Below are positions 19,358 to 29,636 of a DNA stretch of 64,000 bases, piece after piece. The notes beneath the pieces were generated by a model. The model had not been told where the DNA came from. It did not search any database and saw only the letters and a list, made by a program, of their open reading frames with translations. Location of the stretch: assembly GCA_963833705.1 (NCBI GenBank), contig CAWHYQ010000007.1, forward strand, positions 3,982 to 67,981, written 5' to 3'. Position numbers and translations under genes: made by a program. The DNA comes from an uncultured Chloroflexia bacterium (lineage in GTDB: Bacteria > Chloroflexota > Limnocylindria > Limnocylindrales > CSP1-4). The stretch's first letter is position 1; every line of letters begins with the position of its first letter.

Positions 19358-20167
19358 ATGGCCGCGTTCGAGCGCCCACGTTCGGTCCGTCCGGCCGAAG
19401 GCCTCGACGCGGCCGGTGCAGTGCCTGGCAGCCCACGGTCCCTCGCCGTCCCCGTGCTGGTCGCCGCTGCCTGGGCGATCCTCTTGGTCGCCGAACGCAC
19501 GGGCGCCGCGGCCGCCCTCCATCATCACGCGCTGATCGAGGGCGGTCTGCCCTTGACGATCGCCGTCCCGTTGTTCCTCGTCGGATGGGTCGTGATGGTC
19601 GCGGCCATGATGCTGCCGGCCAGCTTGCCGACCATCCGTCTGGTGGAGGCGGCCACGATGCGGCTGACTCGGCCGCGAGGAGCCCGCGCCGCCTTCCTGG
19701 CTTCGTTCGCCCTCGTGTGGACCGCCTTCGGGCTGACCGCGTTCCTGGGCGAGGTCGGCCTCCACCACCTCGTCGACGCGACGCCGTGGCTGGCCGCGAG
19801 GCCGTGGCTCATCGAGGCCGGCATCCTGGGGCTCGCGGGTGGGTACCAGCTGGTCCCGCTCAAAAGGCGCAGCCTCGCTGCCTGCCGCCATCCGGCTGGA
19901 CCCGCATTGACCGCCTCCCTTGTCCGTGAGGGCGCGGGCCTGCTCGGACTTCGCCACGGGCTCGCCTGTCTCGGCGGCTCGTGGGCGCTGATGCTCCTCA
20001 TGTTCGCCGAGGGCTTTGCGAACGTCGGGTGGATGGCCGTCCTGACGATGGTGATGGCATACGAGATCACCGGGCGGCACGGCGAGCGGGTCGCCTCTGT
20101 CGTTGGAGTCGCGCTGATCCTCGCAGCGGTCGGCGCGCTTTCGGGCGTTTCCGCCGGGGGGCTCTGA
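19358..20167 (+). CDS. DUF2182-type metal-binding integral membrane protein
   Basis: WVVMVAAMMLP, YQLVPLKRRSLAACRHP, GLRHGLACLG..WALMLL. Confidence 0.85.
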   Translation: MAAFERPRSVRPAEGLDAAGAVPGSPRSLAVPVLVAAAWAILLVAERTGAAAALHHHALIEGGLPLTIAVPLFLVGWVVMVAAMMLPASLPTIRLVEAATMRLTRPRGARAAFLASFALVWTAFGLTAFLGEVGLHHLVDATPWLAARPWLIEAGILGLAGGYQLVPLKRRSLAACRHPAGPALTASLVREGAGLLGLRHGLACLGGSWALMLLMFAEGFANVGWMAVLTMVMAYEITGRHGERVASVVGVALILAAVGALSGVSAGGL

Positions 20168-20248
20168 TCAGGTCGATCCGGGCCGAGCCCGCGCCATCCC
20201 TCAACGCATACACTCGCCGGCACCAGACGGTGAGGAGGATCGGCAGGC

Positions 20249-21063
20249 ATGACCACACAGGCCACGGAGATGCGCGAGCACGGCAACGCCTACAACATCT
20301 TCATCCTCGTCCTGACGATCTACTCGTTGGCGCTGATGGTGCTGCTGCTCCTCCCGCTGAACGATCAAACGCGCGAACTGGTGAACCTGTACGACAACCT
20401 CATCTGCGTGATCTTCCTGATCGACTTCACGATGAACATGGTCGGCGCACACCCGAAGCGGGCCTACTTCATCGGCAGGCGAGGCTGGCTCGACCTGCTC
20501 GGGTCCATCCCGAGCTTCGGATTCATCCCGTTCACCGCGCTGTTCCGTCTCGCCCGCCTCAGCCGGCTGGCCCGGATCACCCGCCTGCTGGGGGTCAGGC
20601 CGGCAAGGACTTGGTCCTCGATGTACTCAAGAACCGCAGTCAATACGCGACGTTCATCACGATCCTGCTGGCCGGGATGGTGCTGTCGACCGCGAGCATC
20701 CTCATCCTCCAGGAGGAGAGCCGGTCGCCCGAGGCCAACATCAAGACCGGTGGGGACGCCCTCTGGTGGGGCGTGGTCACGATCACGACGGTCGGCTACG
20801 GCGACTACTACCCGGTGACGACGCTCGGGCGGATGACAGCGTTCTTCGTCATGGTCGCCGGTATCGGGATCATCGGCGCCCTTGCGAGCATCCTCGCCAG
20901 CCTGCTGGTCGCCCCGCCACAGCCGCCCGAACCTGATCCAGTGGTGGCGCCGCCGACCGAGCCCGAGATCGACCCGGCGACGACGACCGAGATCGTCGAG
21001 GAGTTGGCGGGCCTGCGGGCCGAGATCGCCGCGCTGCGAGCCGCCCTGCCACCTGGCACCTAG
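20249..21063 (+). CDS. Potassium channel / ion transporter (frameshift near 20600)
   Basis: S4-like LFRLARLSRLARITRLL; pore ALWWGVVTITTVGYGD. Confidence 0.9.
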
Positions 21064-21071
21064 TCCGCGGT

Positions 21072-21821
21072 TCAACCCAGGCGGTGGTGGACCCAGACGC
21101 AGGGTTCGCAGTACACGGCGTAGTCCTGGGCCACGTCGCAATAGACGGGGATCAGCGCCTCCGGGACGGTCACGGGCCCGGTGGTGTCGAATGGCAGGCC
21201 GGTCCACTCGCGCCATTGCGCCGTGGTCCCGGCCATGGTCATCGCTCGCGGCGACACACTGACGATCTCCCCGCCAGCCCGAACGTGCACTCGTAACCAG
21301 GGATCCTCGGGCAGGCCGTCGTCGCGACGCAGGTCCGCGTAGGCCCGGATCGACATGTCGGGGTACCGGTGCTTGCCGTTCGGGCGGACCGGGGCGACCA
21401 TGCTCCCGAATCCGAGCGACGCCGCATTGTCGCGCATCGCGGCGAGCATGACGCCTGCCAGCCCGGTGCCCTGCAGATCCGGCCGGATGGAGATCTCGAG
21501 GGCCGAGACGAGGTTGCCACGCCGCCCGGCGAACCGGTCGAAGGCCGCGTACAGGATGACGCCGTCCCAACCGTCCTCCGGCAGCGACTCGGTCGGGTCC
21601 TCGTCCCACGTGAAGGGGACGCTGTATCCCTTGGCGACCAGTCGATCGGGATCGTCGCGATCGACCGCGATCAGGACGAACTCCGGGTACGCGGCGACCG
21701 GGTCGTCGTAGTACAGCGAAGCGACCGGATCCTGGCGCATGAATGTCGGCCAGGGATTGAAATCATCCAGCAACGGCACGAGATCGGGCCGCTGGGCCGC
21801 GGTGGCGATGAGGATGTCCAC
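21072..21821 (-). CDS. GNAT-like N-acetyltransferase
   Basis: ALEISIRPDLQGTGLA, APVRP, DPWLRVHVRAGG. Confidence 0.82.
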   Translation of the reverse strand: MDILIATAAQRPDLVPLLDDFNPWPTFMRQDPVASLYYDDPVAAYPEFVLIAVDRDDPDRLVAKGYSVPFTWDEDPTESLPEDGWDGVILYAAFDRFAGRRGNLVSALEISIRPDLQGTGLAGVMLAAMRDNAASLGFGSMVAPVRPNGKHRYPDMSIRAYADLRRDDGLPEDPWLRVHVRAGGEIVSVSPRAMTMAGTTAQWREWTGLPFDTTGPVTVPEALIPVYCDVAQDYAVYCEPCVWVHHRLG

Positions 21822-21842
21822 AGGTGTGCCCTCCCGGTCGAG

Positions 21843-22268
21843 TCAGTCGCCCGCCGCGGTCGCGTCCGAGAACAGCGTCAGCTGGAGCCCTGCGGGGCCT
21901 TCGAGGCGCGCGTTCATCGTCCGCCACGGGGTCGCGGTCGCTGCGGCAAGCACGGTTGCGCCGGCAGCCTCCAGAACGTGCGCCGTGGCCGCTGAGTCGG
22001 CGACCTCGAACGCGACCCGGATGTGCCCGGCGATGCGCCGCCCCACCTCGACCCGGTCGATGAACTCGGCCTGATCCGGATCGGCGATCTCGAGCGTCGC
22101 TCGGCCCGCCTCCAGGATCACGACGCGCCCGTCCGGCGAGGCGAACGAGGCGCGCTCGGGGAGGCCGAGCACGTCGCGATAGAAGCGGACAGCCGCCTCG
22201 TAGTCGTCCGCCGTGACGACCAGGCGCATCTCGCGAACAGGACCCAGCTCGCGATCGGGAACGGTCAT
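21843..22268 (-). CDS. VOC/glyoxalase family protein
   Basis: AVRFYRDVLGL, RVAFEV, TPW...GPAGLQLTLF; GGAGG RBS. Confidence 0.88.
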   Translation of the reverse strand: MTVPDRELGPVREMRLVVTADDYEAAVRFYRDVLGLPERASFASPDGRVVILEAGRATLEIADPDQAEFIDRVEVGRRIAGHIRVAFEVADSAATAHVLEAAGATVLAAATATPWRTMNARLEGPAGLQLTLFSDATAAGD

Positions 22269-22413
22269 GGAAACCTCCGCCGTGCGTGACCCCGATGATG
22301 CGATGTTCCTTGCTAGACTGCGCCGCGTTAACGAGGTGCCGGTCGATCGGCCGGCGGGACGGTCTTCCGAGGGATCGTGCGAATGGCGGCTTCGGCGCGC
22401 GCGTCTAGGCTCG

Positions 22414-23292
22414 ATGGTCGACTGGCTCGAAGGGGCCGATGTCGACGTCGCGCGCGTCGGTGGCAAGGCCGCGTCGCTCATCCGCCTGGCCGCCTTCGGG
22501 TTTCGGATCCCGCCCGGCTTCTGCCTGACGACCAACGGCTTCGAGAGGCACGTGGCGACGCTGCCCGGCGGCGAGGTCCTCGGCACGAACCCGACGGCCC
22601 TGCTCGACGAACCCACGAGGACTGCGTTGGTGGAAGCGATGATCCGAGGGCCGCTCTCGCCACTTGTCGCGGAAGCCTTCCGCGGTCCGCTGGCGCGACT
22701 CAGCCAGGAGATGGCCCGCCTCCACGACCACCCGCCGCGTCTCGCCGTCCGATCGTCAGCCGTCGCCGAGGACAGCGCCGGCGCCTCGTTCGCCGGAATG
22801 CATGACACCGAGCTCGATCTCGACGCCGCGGACGTGGAGCCCGCCGTGTTGCGGTGCTGGGCATCGTTGTGGAGCGACCGTGCGGTCGGTTACCGGGCGC
22901 GACGCGGACTGGCGCTCGATGGCGGCGCGATGGCGGTCGTCGTGCAGGCCCTCGTCCCGGCGCTCGCGGCGGCCGTGGCGTTCACCCGTCACCCGGTCAC
23001 CGGCCGATCGGACCAGGTCCTCATCAACGCCGTCCCGGGCCTCGGCGAGGCGATGGTGTCGGGCACGGTCACGCCGGACACGATCGTCGTCGACAAGTCG
23101 GATCGTACAGTCGTCGAGTTCAGCGCCGGCGACTCGGGCGACGGGCCGGCACTGTCGGATGACGTGCTCGACGAGCTGGTGTCGCTGTGCCTCGACGTCG
23201 AGCGCGCATTCGGGGCGCCCGTCGATGTCGAGGCGGCACACGCGACCGATGGCTGGTATCTCCTCCAGGCCCGACCGATCACCACACCCTGA
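22414..23292 (+). CDS. PEP/pyruvate-binding (ATP-grasp, PPDK-N) domain protein
   Basis: VGGKAASL, AVRSSAVAEDSAGASFAG, GLGEAMVSG, LLQARPIT. Confidence 0.92.
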   Translation: MVDWLEGADVDVARVGGKAASLIRLAAFGFRIPPGFCLTTNGFERHVATLPGGEVLGTNPTALLDEPTRTALVEAMIRGPLSPLVAEAFRGPLARLSQEMARLHDHPPRLAVRSSAVAEDSAGASFAGMHDTELDLDAADVEPAVLRCWASLWSDRAVGYRARRGLALDGGAMAVVVQALVPALAAAVAFTRHPVTGRSDQVLINAVPGLGEAMVSGTVTPDTIVVDKSDRTVVEFSAGDSGDGPALSDDVLDELVSLCLDVERAFGAPVDVEAAHATDGWYLLQARPITTP

Positions 23293-23301
23293 GGTGCGTC
23301 C

Positions 23302-24945
23302 GTGACCAGTCAGACCAGCGACCCGGCACCGCCGTCCGACGCCGAGTTCCAGGTCGCCTGGGAGGAGCCATGGGACCCGGAGCGGACCTGGACCTGGGAC
23401 GACATGCACATGCCGTTCGCCCTGTCGCCCCTTGCGGGCGACTACGTCCGGCTCATGGGTGCCGGATTCGCCTATGGGTATCGGCACCTCGGGCTTCCGA
23501 TCGAGATGCATACCCGCATCTGGAACGGCTATGCGTACTTCGCCTGGAAGTCGGACGGAACGACGTCCGAGGGCTCCGAGGTCTGGGACCGGATGCCCGA
23601 TGCGTGCCGCGCGCGGATCCCGATCACCGATGCCTATTGGCGTGAGCGAGCGCTGCCCGAGCTGCACGAGACGTACGCGGGCATCGCCGCCCGGCCGGTC
23701 GAGACGATGCCGGCCGCCGCGCTGGCGGATGCCTGGGACGGGGCCTGGGCCGGCATCGCGCGGACCTGGGCCATACACTTCCTCGCGATCCGCGGGCCGT
23801 ACCAGGTGCTCGACGACCTCGCCGACCTCTACGAGTCGATCGTCACCGATCCGCCTCCGGGCGAGGGTCTGGCACTCATCGGCGGTGGGGCGCACGTCCT
23901 GCACGACGTCGAGCGCACGCTCGAGGAGCTGGCGGCGATGGCGGCGGCATCCCCGGCGTTGGCCGCGCGCCTCGCCGAACCGAACGTGACGCTGGCCGAG
24001 GTCGCCGCGACCCCCGGTGCGAAGGCGTTCGTGGCGGCGCTCGAGGCATTCCTGGAGGATCACGGCCACCTCGGCCAGGGCTTCGACGATCTCGCGTTCG
24101 CCGACTGGGCCGAGCGACCCGAGCTGGTCCTGGGCGACATCGCGAAACGGCTGGAGCATCCGCCCGCCGTCGATGCCGAGACGCGACGCGAACGACTCGC
24201 CGCCAAGGCCGATGCGCTCGCGGACGGTGTCCGGGGTCGGCTCGCCGGCGATCCGGACGGCCTCGAGCGGTTCGAGACGCTGCTCGCCGCGGCGAGGCAG
24301 ATCGGACCGCTGACCGAGACGCACAACTACTGGATCGACCGGATGGCGCAGTCGTCACTCCGACGCTTCGTCCTGCGCTGCGGGCGGCGACTCGCGTCCC
24401 TGGACGTGATCGACGACCCGGAGGACATGCTGTTCTTCCAGCGGGGCGAGGTGCCGCTCCTGTTGCGGGGACCCGAGGATCGGCGCGCGATCGTCGAGGA
24501 ACGTCGCGAGACGCTGGCTCGGTGGCGCACCGTCCGGCCACCGAGCGTGGTCGGCAAGCCCGCCGATCCCGACGACGACGATGAGGTGGATCGATTCGAC
24601 GGGAAGAAGATCGAATCGACCGAGCCCGACGAACTGCGCGGGACCGGCGCCTCGGCGGGCGTCGCCCGCGGACGCGCCCGCATCGTCCGGACCCAGACCG
24701 ACTTCGGGACGGTCGACTCCGGCGACATCATCGTGTGCCCGTCGTCGAACCCGTCGTGGGTGCCGCTGTTCGCGATCGCCGGCGGCCTGATCACCGACAC
24801 CGGCGGGGTCCTGTCGCATGCGGCCGTCGTGGCTCGCGAGTTCGCGTTGCCGGCCGTGGTCGGGGTGGGTCAGGCAACGACCCGGATCGCGGCCGACCAG
24901 CTGGTGGAGATCGACGGGACCAGCGGGATCGTGCGTCTCCTGTGA
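23302..24945 (+). CDS. PEP-utilizer substrate-binding + phospho-His swivel domain protein
   Basis: GTGASAGVARG, TDTGGVLSHAAVVAREF; own RBS GAGGTG. Confidence 0.9.
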   Translation: MTSQTSDPAPPSDAEFQVAWEEPWDPERTWTWDDMHMPFALSPLAGDYVRLMGAGFAYGYRHLGLPIEMHTRIWNGYAYFAWKSDGTTSEGSEVWDRMPDACRARIPITDAYWRERALPELHETYAGIAARPVETMPAAALADAWDGAWAGIARTWAIHFLAIRGPYQVLDDLADLYESIVTDPPPGEGLALIGGGAHVLHDVERTLEELAAMAAASPALAARLAEPNVTLAEVAATPGAKAFVAALEAFLEDHGHLGQGFDDLAFADWAERPELVLGDIAKRLEHPPAVDAETRRERLAAKADALADGVRGRLAGDPDGLERFETLLAAARQIGPLTETHNYWIDRMAQSSLRRFVLRCGRRLASLDVIDDPEDMLFFQRGEVPLLLRGPEDRRAIVEERRETLARWRTVRPPSVVGKPADPDDDDEVDRFDGKKIESTEPDELRGTGASAGVARGRARIVRTQTDFGTVDSGDIIVCPSSNPSWVPLFAIAGGLITDTGGVLSHAAVVAREFALPAVVGVGQATTRIAADQLVEIDGTSGIVRLL

Positions 24946-26354
24946 CCGACTCGCGCCGTGGCCGGCTGCTCGGCCCGGCGATGCTCGGCGTCGCGAGCGG
25001 GGCCGTCCTCGTGCCGCTCAACTCGACGATGCTCGCCGTCGCCCTGCCGAGCATCATGGACCAGTTCGACGTCGACGCCGTCACGGTGTCCTCGCTGGTC
25101 ACCCTCTACCTGGGTGCTGTGACGATCGCGTTGCTCGCGAGCGGCAGCCTGGGCGACCGCTACGGGCAGCGTCCGGTCTTCCTCGTCGGGGTCGTGGCCT
25201 TCGCCGCCTCGTCACTTCTCGCGGCCGTCGCGCCCACGTTCGAGTGGCTCGAGGTCACCCGCGTCTTGCAGGCCATCAGCGGCGCCCTCGTGTCCACGAG
25301 CTCCGTCGCGCTGGTCCGGGCGATGGCGCCACCCGACCGGCGCGGATCGGCGTTCGGGCTGTTCGACATGCTCGTCTCGACGAGTGCCGCGATCGGACCG
25401 TTCATCGGCGGTCTGCTCGTCGGCGCGTTCGGCTGGCAGTCGTTATTCCTGATCGCGGTCCCGGTCGCCCTGTTCGCGGCGCTCGTCGTGGGCGTCGTGG
25501 TCCGACCCGATGCCGGCGAAGCGGCTCGCACCCGCGCGCCGGGCGGCGGGCCCGGCATCGATGTCCCGGGACTCGTCCTGCTGGCGATCCTCCTCATCGC
25601 GCTCCTGGTCGCGATCCGTGGGGCCGGTGACGGCGGGCTCGGCACGGTCGCGGCGATCGCGGTCGTGCCGCTGCTGTTCCTGTTCGTCCGGTTCGAGCTT
25701 GCCGCCGATCGCCCGGCCGTCGATCCCCGCCTGTTCGCCAGCCGCCCGTTCAGCGCGGCCGTGCTCGGAGTCCTTGGCGCGACGGTGATCCTCCACGCGA
25801 CGTTCATCCTCGTGCCACTGCTCATCGAGCGGCTGCTGAACGGGTCCGCCCAGACGGCCGGGCTCGTGCTGCTCGGGATCTCGGGGCTGGGCGCGGTCGC
25901 GGCCCCGTTCGGTGGCCGCCTGTCCGACCGCTTCGGGCGGCGCCGACCCGTGGTCGCGGGGTCGGTCTGCCTGACGGCCGGCCTCATCGGGTTGTGGCTG
26001 TTCGCCGTGGGCAGCACGGCATTCGTCGTCGGCGCTCTGCTCGGCGTCGTCGGGTTCGGGATGGGGTTCAGCGGGTCGCCCCGCCAGGCGGCGGCGTTGG
26101 AGTCGATCTCGGCGGACCGCGTCGGGATGGCCGCCGGCACGTACTACACGGGGCGCTATCTCGGCGGCGTCCTTGGGGCCAGCCTGGCGGGGGCCGTCCT
26201 GGGCACGACGGTCACCGGCGCCGGCGTCACGCTCGGGTTCGGCCTGCTCGCGATCGTCGGCGTCGCCATCGTGGCGGTCTCGTTCGGGCTGCCGGATCGT
26301 GCCGGGCGGCGCTCCGAAGCCCGCACAGAGCCAAGCGCCGCCGCCGCCGGCTGA
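24942..26354 (+). CDS. MFS efflux transporter (DHA2-like)
   Basis: PLNSTMLAVALP, GSLGDRYGQR, GRLSDRFGRR; many TM helices. Confidence 0.92.
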   Translation: MTDSRRGRLLGPAMLGVASGAVLVPLNSTMLAVALPSIMDQFDVDAVTVSSLVTLYLGAVTIALLASGSLGDRYGQRPVFLVGVVAFAASSLLAAVAPTFEWLEVTRVLQAISGALVSTSSVALVRAMAPPDRRGSAFGLFDMLVSTSAAIGPFIGGLLVGAFGWQSLFLIAVPVALFAALVVGVVVRPDAGEAARTRAPGGGPGIDVPGLVLLAILLIALLVAIRGAGDGGLGTVAAIAVVPLLFLFVRFELAADRPAVDPRLFASRPFSAAVLGVLGATVILHATFILVPLLIERLLNGSAQTAGLVLLGISGLGAVAAPFGGRLSDRFGRRRPVVAGSVCLTAGLIGLWLFAVGSTAFVVGALLGVVGFGMGFSGSPRQAAALESISADRVGMAAGTYYTGRYLGGVLGASLAGAVLGTTVTGAGVTLGFGLLAIVGVAIVAVSFGLPDRAGRRSEARTEPSAAAAG

Positions 26355-26358
26355 TCCC

Positions 26359-27102
26359 TCAGCCCTTGATCCACACGCGCAACGGCCCCAGCCGCTTGAA
26401 CCCGATGGACTCCATGGCGTCGAGGTCGTCGCCCCGTTCATAGCCGACCATGGGCAGATCCGGGAAGGCCGATCGGACCGCGGCGACCACGCCGGGTCGG
26501 TGGATTTCGCCGCCGGCCTCCGGGAGGACGATGTTGGAGATGCCGGCCCGGGACCCGACCCATCGTCCGAGCGGTTGGCGATCACGACCGCATCGATGCG
26601 GTTCCCCCGGTGGCCGGCCAGGAACGCGATGTCCGGGTCGTCGAGAAGCGACGGCATGAAGATCCGAGGCGCTGTGCGAGCCGCGGCGTTCCCCGGCGTT
26701 CCGCGCCATGCCGCCTCCCAGTCGGACAATCCTCTCGCAGACGTCGACTCGCTCCCAACGCAGGTCGGTGGGGTCGGACGTGGCGACGATCCCGCCGACC
26801 GGAAGCGCGATCCAGGTCGCCTCGAACAGGGCCTCGAACCCGACCCTGCCGAGGTTCATCTGGGCGTAGCTGTCCTTGACGCTCCAGCGACCCGGCACAC
26901 CGGCATCGACCTGGTCGCGCACGCGAGCGAACGAGGATCCCATGTCGCCGGGCCTCAACGCGATGGCGTTGGAGTAGAACGGCGGCGAGGGATCGAGGTT
27001 GACCCAGAAGCCGTCGCGCATCCGGGTCCGACGCCCGAGCGCGCGACAGACGGCGTCACACCACGTCGCGTTGTTGAAGACAGCCGCGTCGACCAGGTCC
27101 AT
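26359..27102 (-). CDS. Hypothetical GNAT-like protein (frameshifted)
   Basis: AVFNNATWCDAVC, PPFYSNA, VKDS, C-terminal VGYE..GFKRLGPLRVW; internal frame break. Confidence 0.65.
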   Translation of the reverse strand: MDLVDAAVFNNATWCDAVCRALGRRTRMRDGFWVNLDPSPPFYSNAIALRPGDMGSSFARVRDQVDAGVPGRWSVKDSYAQMNLGRVGFEALFEATWIALPVGGIVATSDPTDLRWERVDVCERIVRLGGGMARNAGERRGSHSASDLHAVASRRPGHRVPGRPPGEPHRCGRDRQPLGRWVGSRAGISNIVLPEAGGEIHRPGVVAAVRSAFPDLPMVGYERGDDLDAMESIGFKRLGPLRVWIKG

Positions 27103-27103
27103 G

Positions 27104-27730
27104 TCAGGCCGCAAGGATCGCCAGCGAGGACCCGATCGCGACCAGGGCGAACAGGCCGATGACCACCCCCGAGACGAGGTTGATCCGGTGGATCCAGGCC
27201 GGGGTCACGCGCAGGCGGAACGCCCCGATCACGCTCGTCAGCACCACCCACCACGCGCTCGACCCCAGGAGCACCCCGACGACGATGGCGGCCGCATCGG
27301 CCGTCACGCCGGTCGTCACCCCGAGACCCGCGAACAGCGCAGCGAACGACAGGATCGTCATCGGGTTCGCCATCGTCAGCGCCAGGATCGACAGGTAGGC
27401 GCCGGCCAGCCCACCGCGCCGTCGCGGGGCCGTGGCTGCCTCGGTCGGCTGCGCGCGGACCGTGTTCCATGCCAGCCAGAGCAGGAAGAGGCCACCGACC
27501 AGACCGAGCACGACGCGGGCGTTGACGAGCACGTCCGTGATGGCCCCGAGGCCGAACGCGGCGATCGCCCCGTACGTCGCATCGGCGGTCGCGACGCCCA
27601 GCCCGGACACGAGGCCGACGGCCTGACCCTCCGCGAGCGTGCGGCGGATGACGAGCAGGCTGATCGGCCCGACCGCGGCGGCGATCGTGAAGCCGAGGAT
27701 GAATCCGCGGACAGCGAACGCGGGATCCAC
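27104..27730 (-). CDS. LysE/RhtB family translocator
   Basis: GFTIAAAVGPISLLVIRRTL, GLGVATADA, LTMANPMTILSF. Confidence 0.93.
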   Translation of the reverse strand: MDPAFAVRGFILGFTIAAAVGPISLLVIRRTLAEGQAVGLVSGLGVATADATYGAIAAFGLGAITDVLVNARVVLGLVGGLFLLWLAWNTVRAQPTEAATAPRRRGGLAGAYLSILALTMANPMTILSFAALFAGLGVTTGVTADAAAIVVGVLLGSSAWWVVLTSVIGAFRLRVTPAWIHRINLVSGVVIGLFALVAIGSSLAILAA

Positions 27731-27955
27731 TGGTTCCTCCGAGCATCGACTTGGACCGAGGCGCCCGAGGCGCCCCGATGTGGCTGACACACAACACTGA
27801 AGCATCGAAGACCCTTCGGCAGTGGGCGATCGCCCTCTTCGGGGCTTCCTGGTGGCCGCTGGGCACCGATACGGGTCCAGGCGGGCGCTGCCCAGGAGTT
27901 CGACCGTTGGATGCTGCGTGGCAACCACATCGGGCGGTCCGCTACGCTGTCGGCG

Positions 27956-28885
27956 ATGACGGTGACCGCCGGCCGGCCGCTCAAGGTCGGCATCCAGCTC
28001 CCCGAGGTCGAGCGTGACGTGCGCTGGCGGGAGCTGCTCGACATGACCCGGGCGATCGAGGATCTCGGGTTCGATTCCGTGTGGGTCGGCGAGCACCTGC
28101 TGTACCGCTGGGACGACCGCCCGGCGCGCGGACCGTGGGAGGCCTGGACGGTGCTGGCCGGCATCGCCGCGTCGACTTCGCGGATCGAGCTCGGCCCGTT
28201 GGTCGCCTGCACGAACTTCCACAACCCGGCGCTGCTCGCCAAGCAGGCCGCGACGATCGACGAGTTGAGCGACGGCCGGTTCGTGCTCGGCCTTGGCGCG
28301 GGCTGGAACGAGACGGAGTTCCGGGCCTACGGCTATCCGTTCGACCACCGCATCGATCGCTTCGCCGAGGCGTTCACGATCATCCGCGGCCTGCTGCGCG
28401 ACGGCGCGATCGACTTCGACGGCCGCTGGTACCAGGCGCGCGACTGCGAGCTGCTGCCACGCGGTCCGCGTCCCAACGGACCGCCCCTCATGATCGGTTC
28501 GATCGGGCCGCGGATGCTTCGCCTGACGCTGGGTGACGTGGACTCGTGGAACGCGTGGTACGCGGACATCGGGAATGGCCCCGAGGGAATCCCGGCGGTC
28601 CGCGCGGCCGTGGACGACGCCTGTCGCGACGTCGGCCGCGACCCGACCGAGGTCGAGCGGACGGTCGCACTGCTGGTCGGCCTGTCGGGCGGCGCCGGGC
28701 GACTCCAGGGTGACGCCGGCAAGGGCACCATCCCATCGCTCGACGGCGACCCCGCCCGCCTGGCTGCGACGCTGCGAGCGGTCGCCGGGGAGGGGATCGG
28801 GCACGTCCAGCTGGTGCTGGATCCGATCACGCTCAATTCCATCCGGGCGGTCGCCCCCGTCCTCGCCCATCTCGATCGGGCCTGA
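27956..28885 (+). CDS. LLM-class flavin-dependent oxidoreductase
   Basis: GFDSVWVGEHL, NPALLAKQAATIDELSDGRFVLGLGAGW. Confidence 0.93.
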   Translation: MTVTAGRPLKVGIQLPEVERDVRWRELLDMTRAIEDLGFDSVWVGEHLLYRWDDRPARGPWEAWTVLAGIAASTSRIELGPLVACTNFHNPALLAKQAATIDELSDGRFVLGLGAGWNETEFRAYGYPFDHRIDRFAEAFTIIRGLLRDGAIDFDGRWYQARDCELLPRGPRPNGPPLMIGSIGPRMLRLTLGDVDSWNAWYADIGNGPEGIPAVRAAVDDACRDVGRDPTEVERTVALLVGLSGGAGRLQGDAGKGTIPSLDGDPARLAATLRAVAGEGIGHVQLVLDPITLNSIRAVAPVLAHLDRA

Positions 28886-28964
28886 GCGCCGGACCGATGG
28901 CGGTTTGGAGCGTCGAAGGTCATGGTCGGACTCGGGCAAGTCGCGTGCTAGCATGCCGTCCGCC

Positions 28965-29636
28965 ATGCGCGCAACAAACCGTCGAATCGTGTTCACGCGG
29001 TCCCGTGGACTGGTCGTGGGCCTCGTGATCACGTGGCTTGCCGTCGCCTGCGGCGGTGCCCCGTCACCGCCCCCGTCGGCTGCGCCCACGCCGGTCCCGA
29101 CCCCGTCGCCGACCCCGAACCCGCACCTGAGCGAGCCGGTGACGGCCGACCAGGTCTATCGCGCGCTGCTCAAGGCCGGCCTGGAGATCTCGCCGAACAC
29201 GGCGGTGACCGGCGGCGAGGGCAAGGACCCCGTGAAGCGCATCGAGGCGAGCTACCAGGGCTGGCCACTGTCGATCGGCCAGTACATGTCGTCCGCGACC
29301 CTGGCCACGGCGGAGCCCTGGAAGGATGGCGCCAAGCCGACGGACGGCATGCGGCCGATGTCGTTCAAAGGCCTCAATATCCTCGTCGAATACGGCCCGA
29401 CCCCCATCGGCCCCCCGAAGCAGCCCGACGCCGCCCGACTCGAGGCCGGAAGCAAGCTCAGGTTCGCGCTCGACGCGCTCCTCTCGCCGCTCGTCGTGCG
29501 GACCGTCGTCCCGGTGGCCGGACCGACACCGGCCCCGACGCCGATCGCCACCCCGGCCCCGACGCCGAAGGCGACGCCCAAGCCCACCAAGAAGCCGACC
29601 AAGACACCGAAGCCGACGAAGAAGCCGAGAGAGTGA
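28965..29636 (+). CDS. Putative lipoprotein with Pro/Thr/Lys-rich linkers
   Basis: Lipobox LAVAC; start uncertain. Confidence 0.65.
   Translation: MRATNRRIVFTRSRGLVVGLVITWLAVACGGAPSPPPSAAPTPVPTPSPTPNPHLSEPVTADQVYRALLKAGLEISPNTAVTGGEGKDPVKRIEASYQGWPLSIGQYMSSATLATAEPWKDGAKPTDGMRPMSFKGLNILVEYGPTPIGPPKQPDAARLEAGSKLRFALDALLSPLVVRTVVPVAGPTPAPTPIATPAPTPKATPKPTKKPTKTPKPTKKPRE

Noticed and set aside
1508-29089. Long antisense and alternate-frame ORFs (e.g. 1508-3103, 22756-24324, N-terminal part of 27104-29089)
   Set aside because: Shadow ORFs expected in high-GC DNA opposite well-supported genes.
29520-29630. Short repeated motifs (also at 5600-5680 and 7340-7530)
   Set aside because: They encode Pro/Thr/Lys/Ser linkers of exported proteins.
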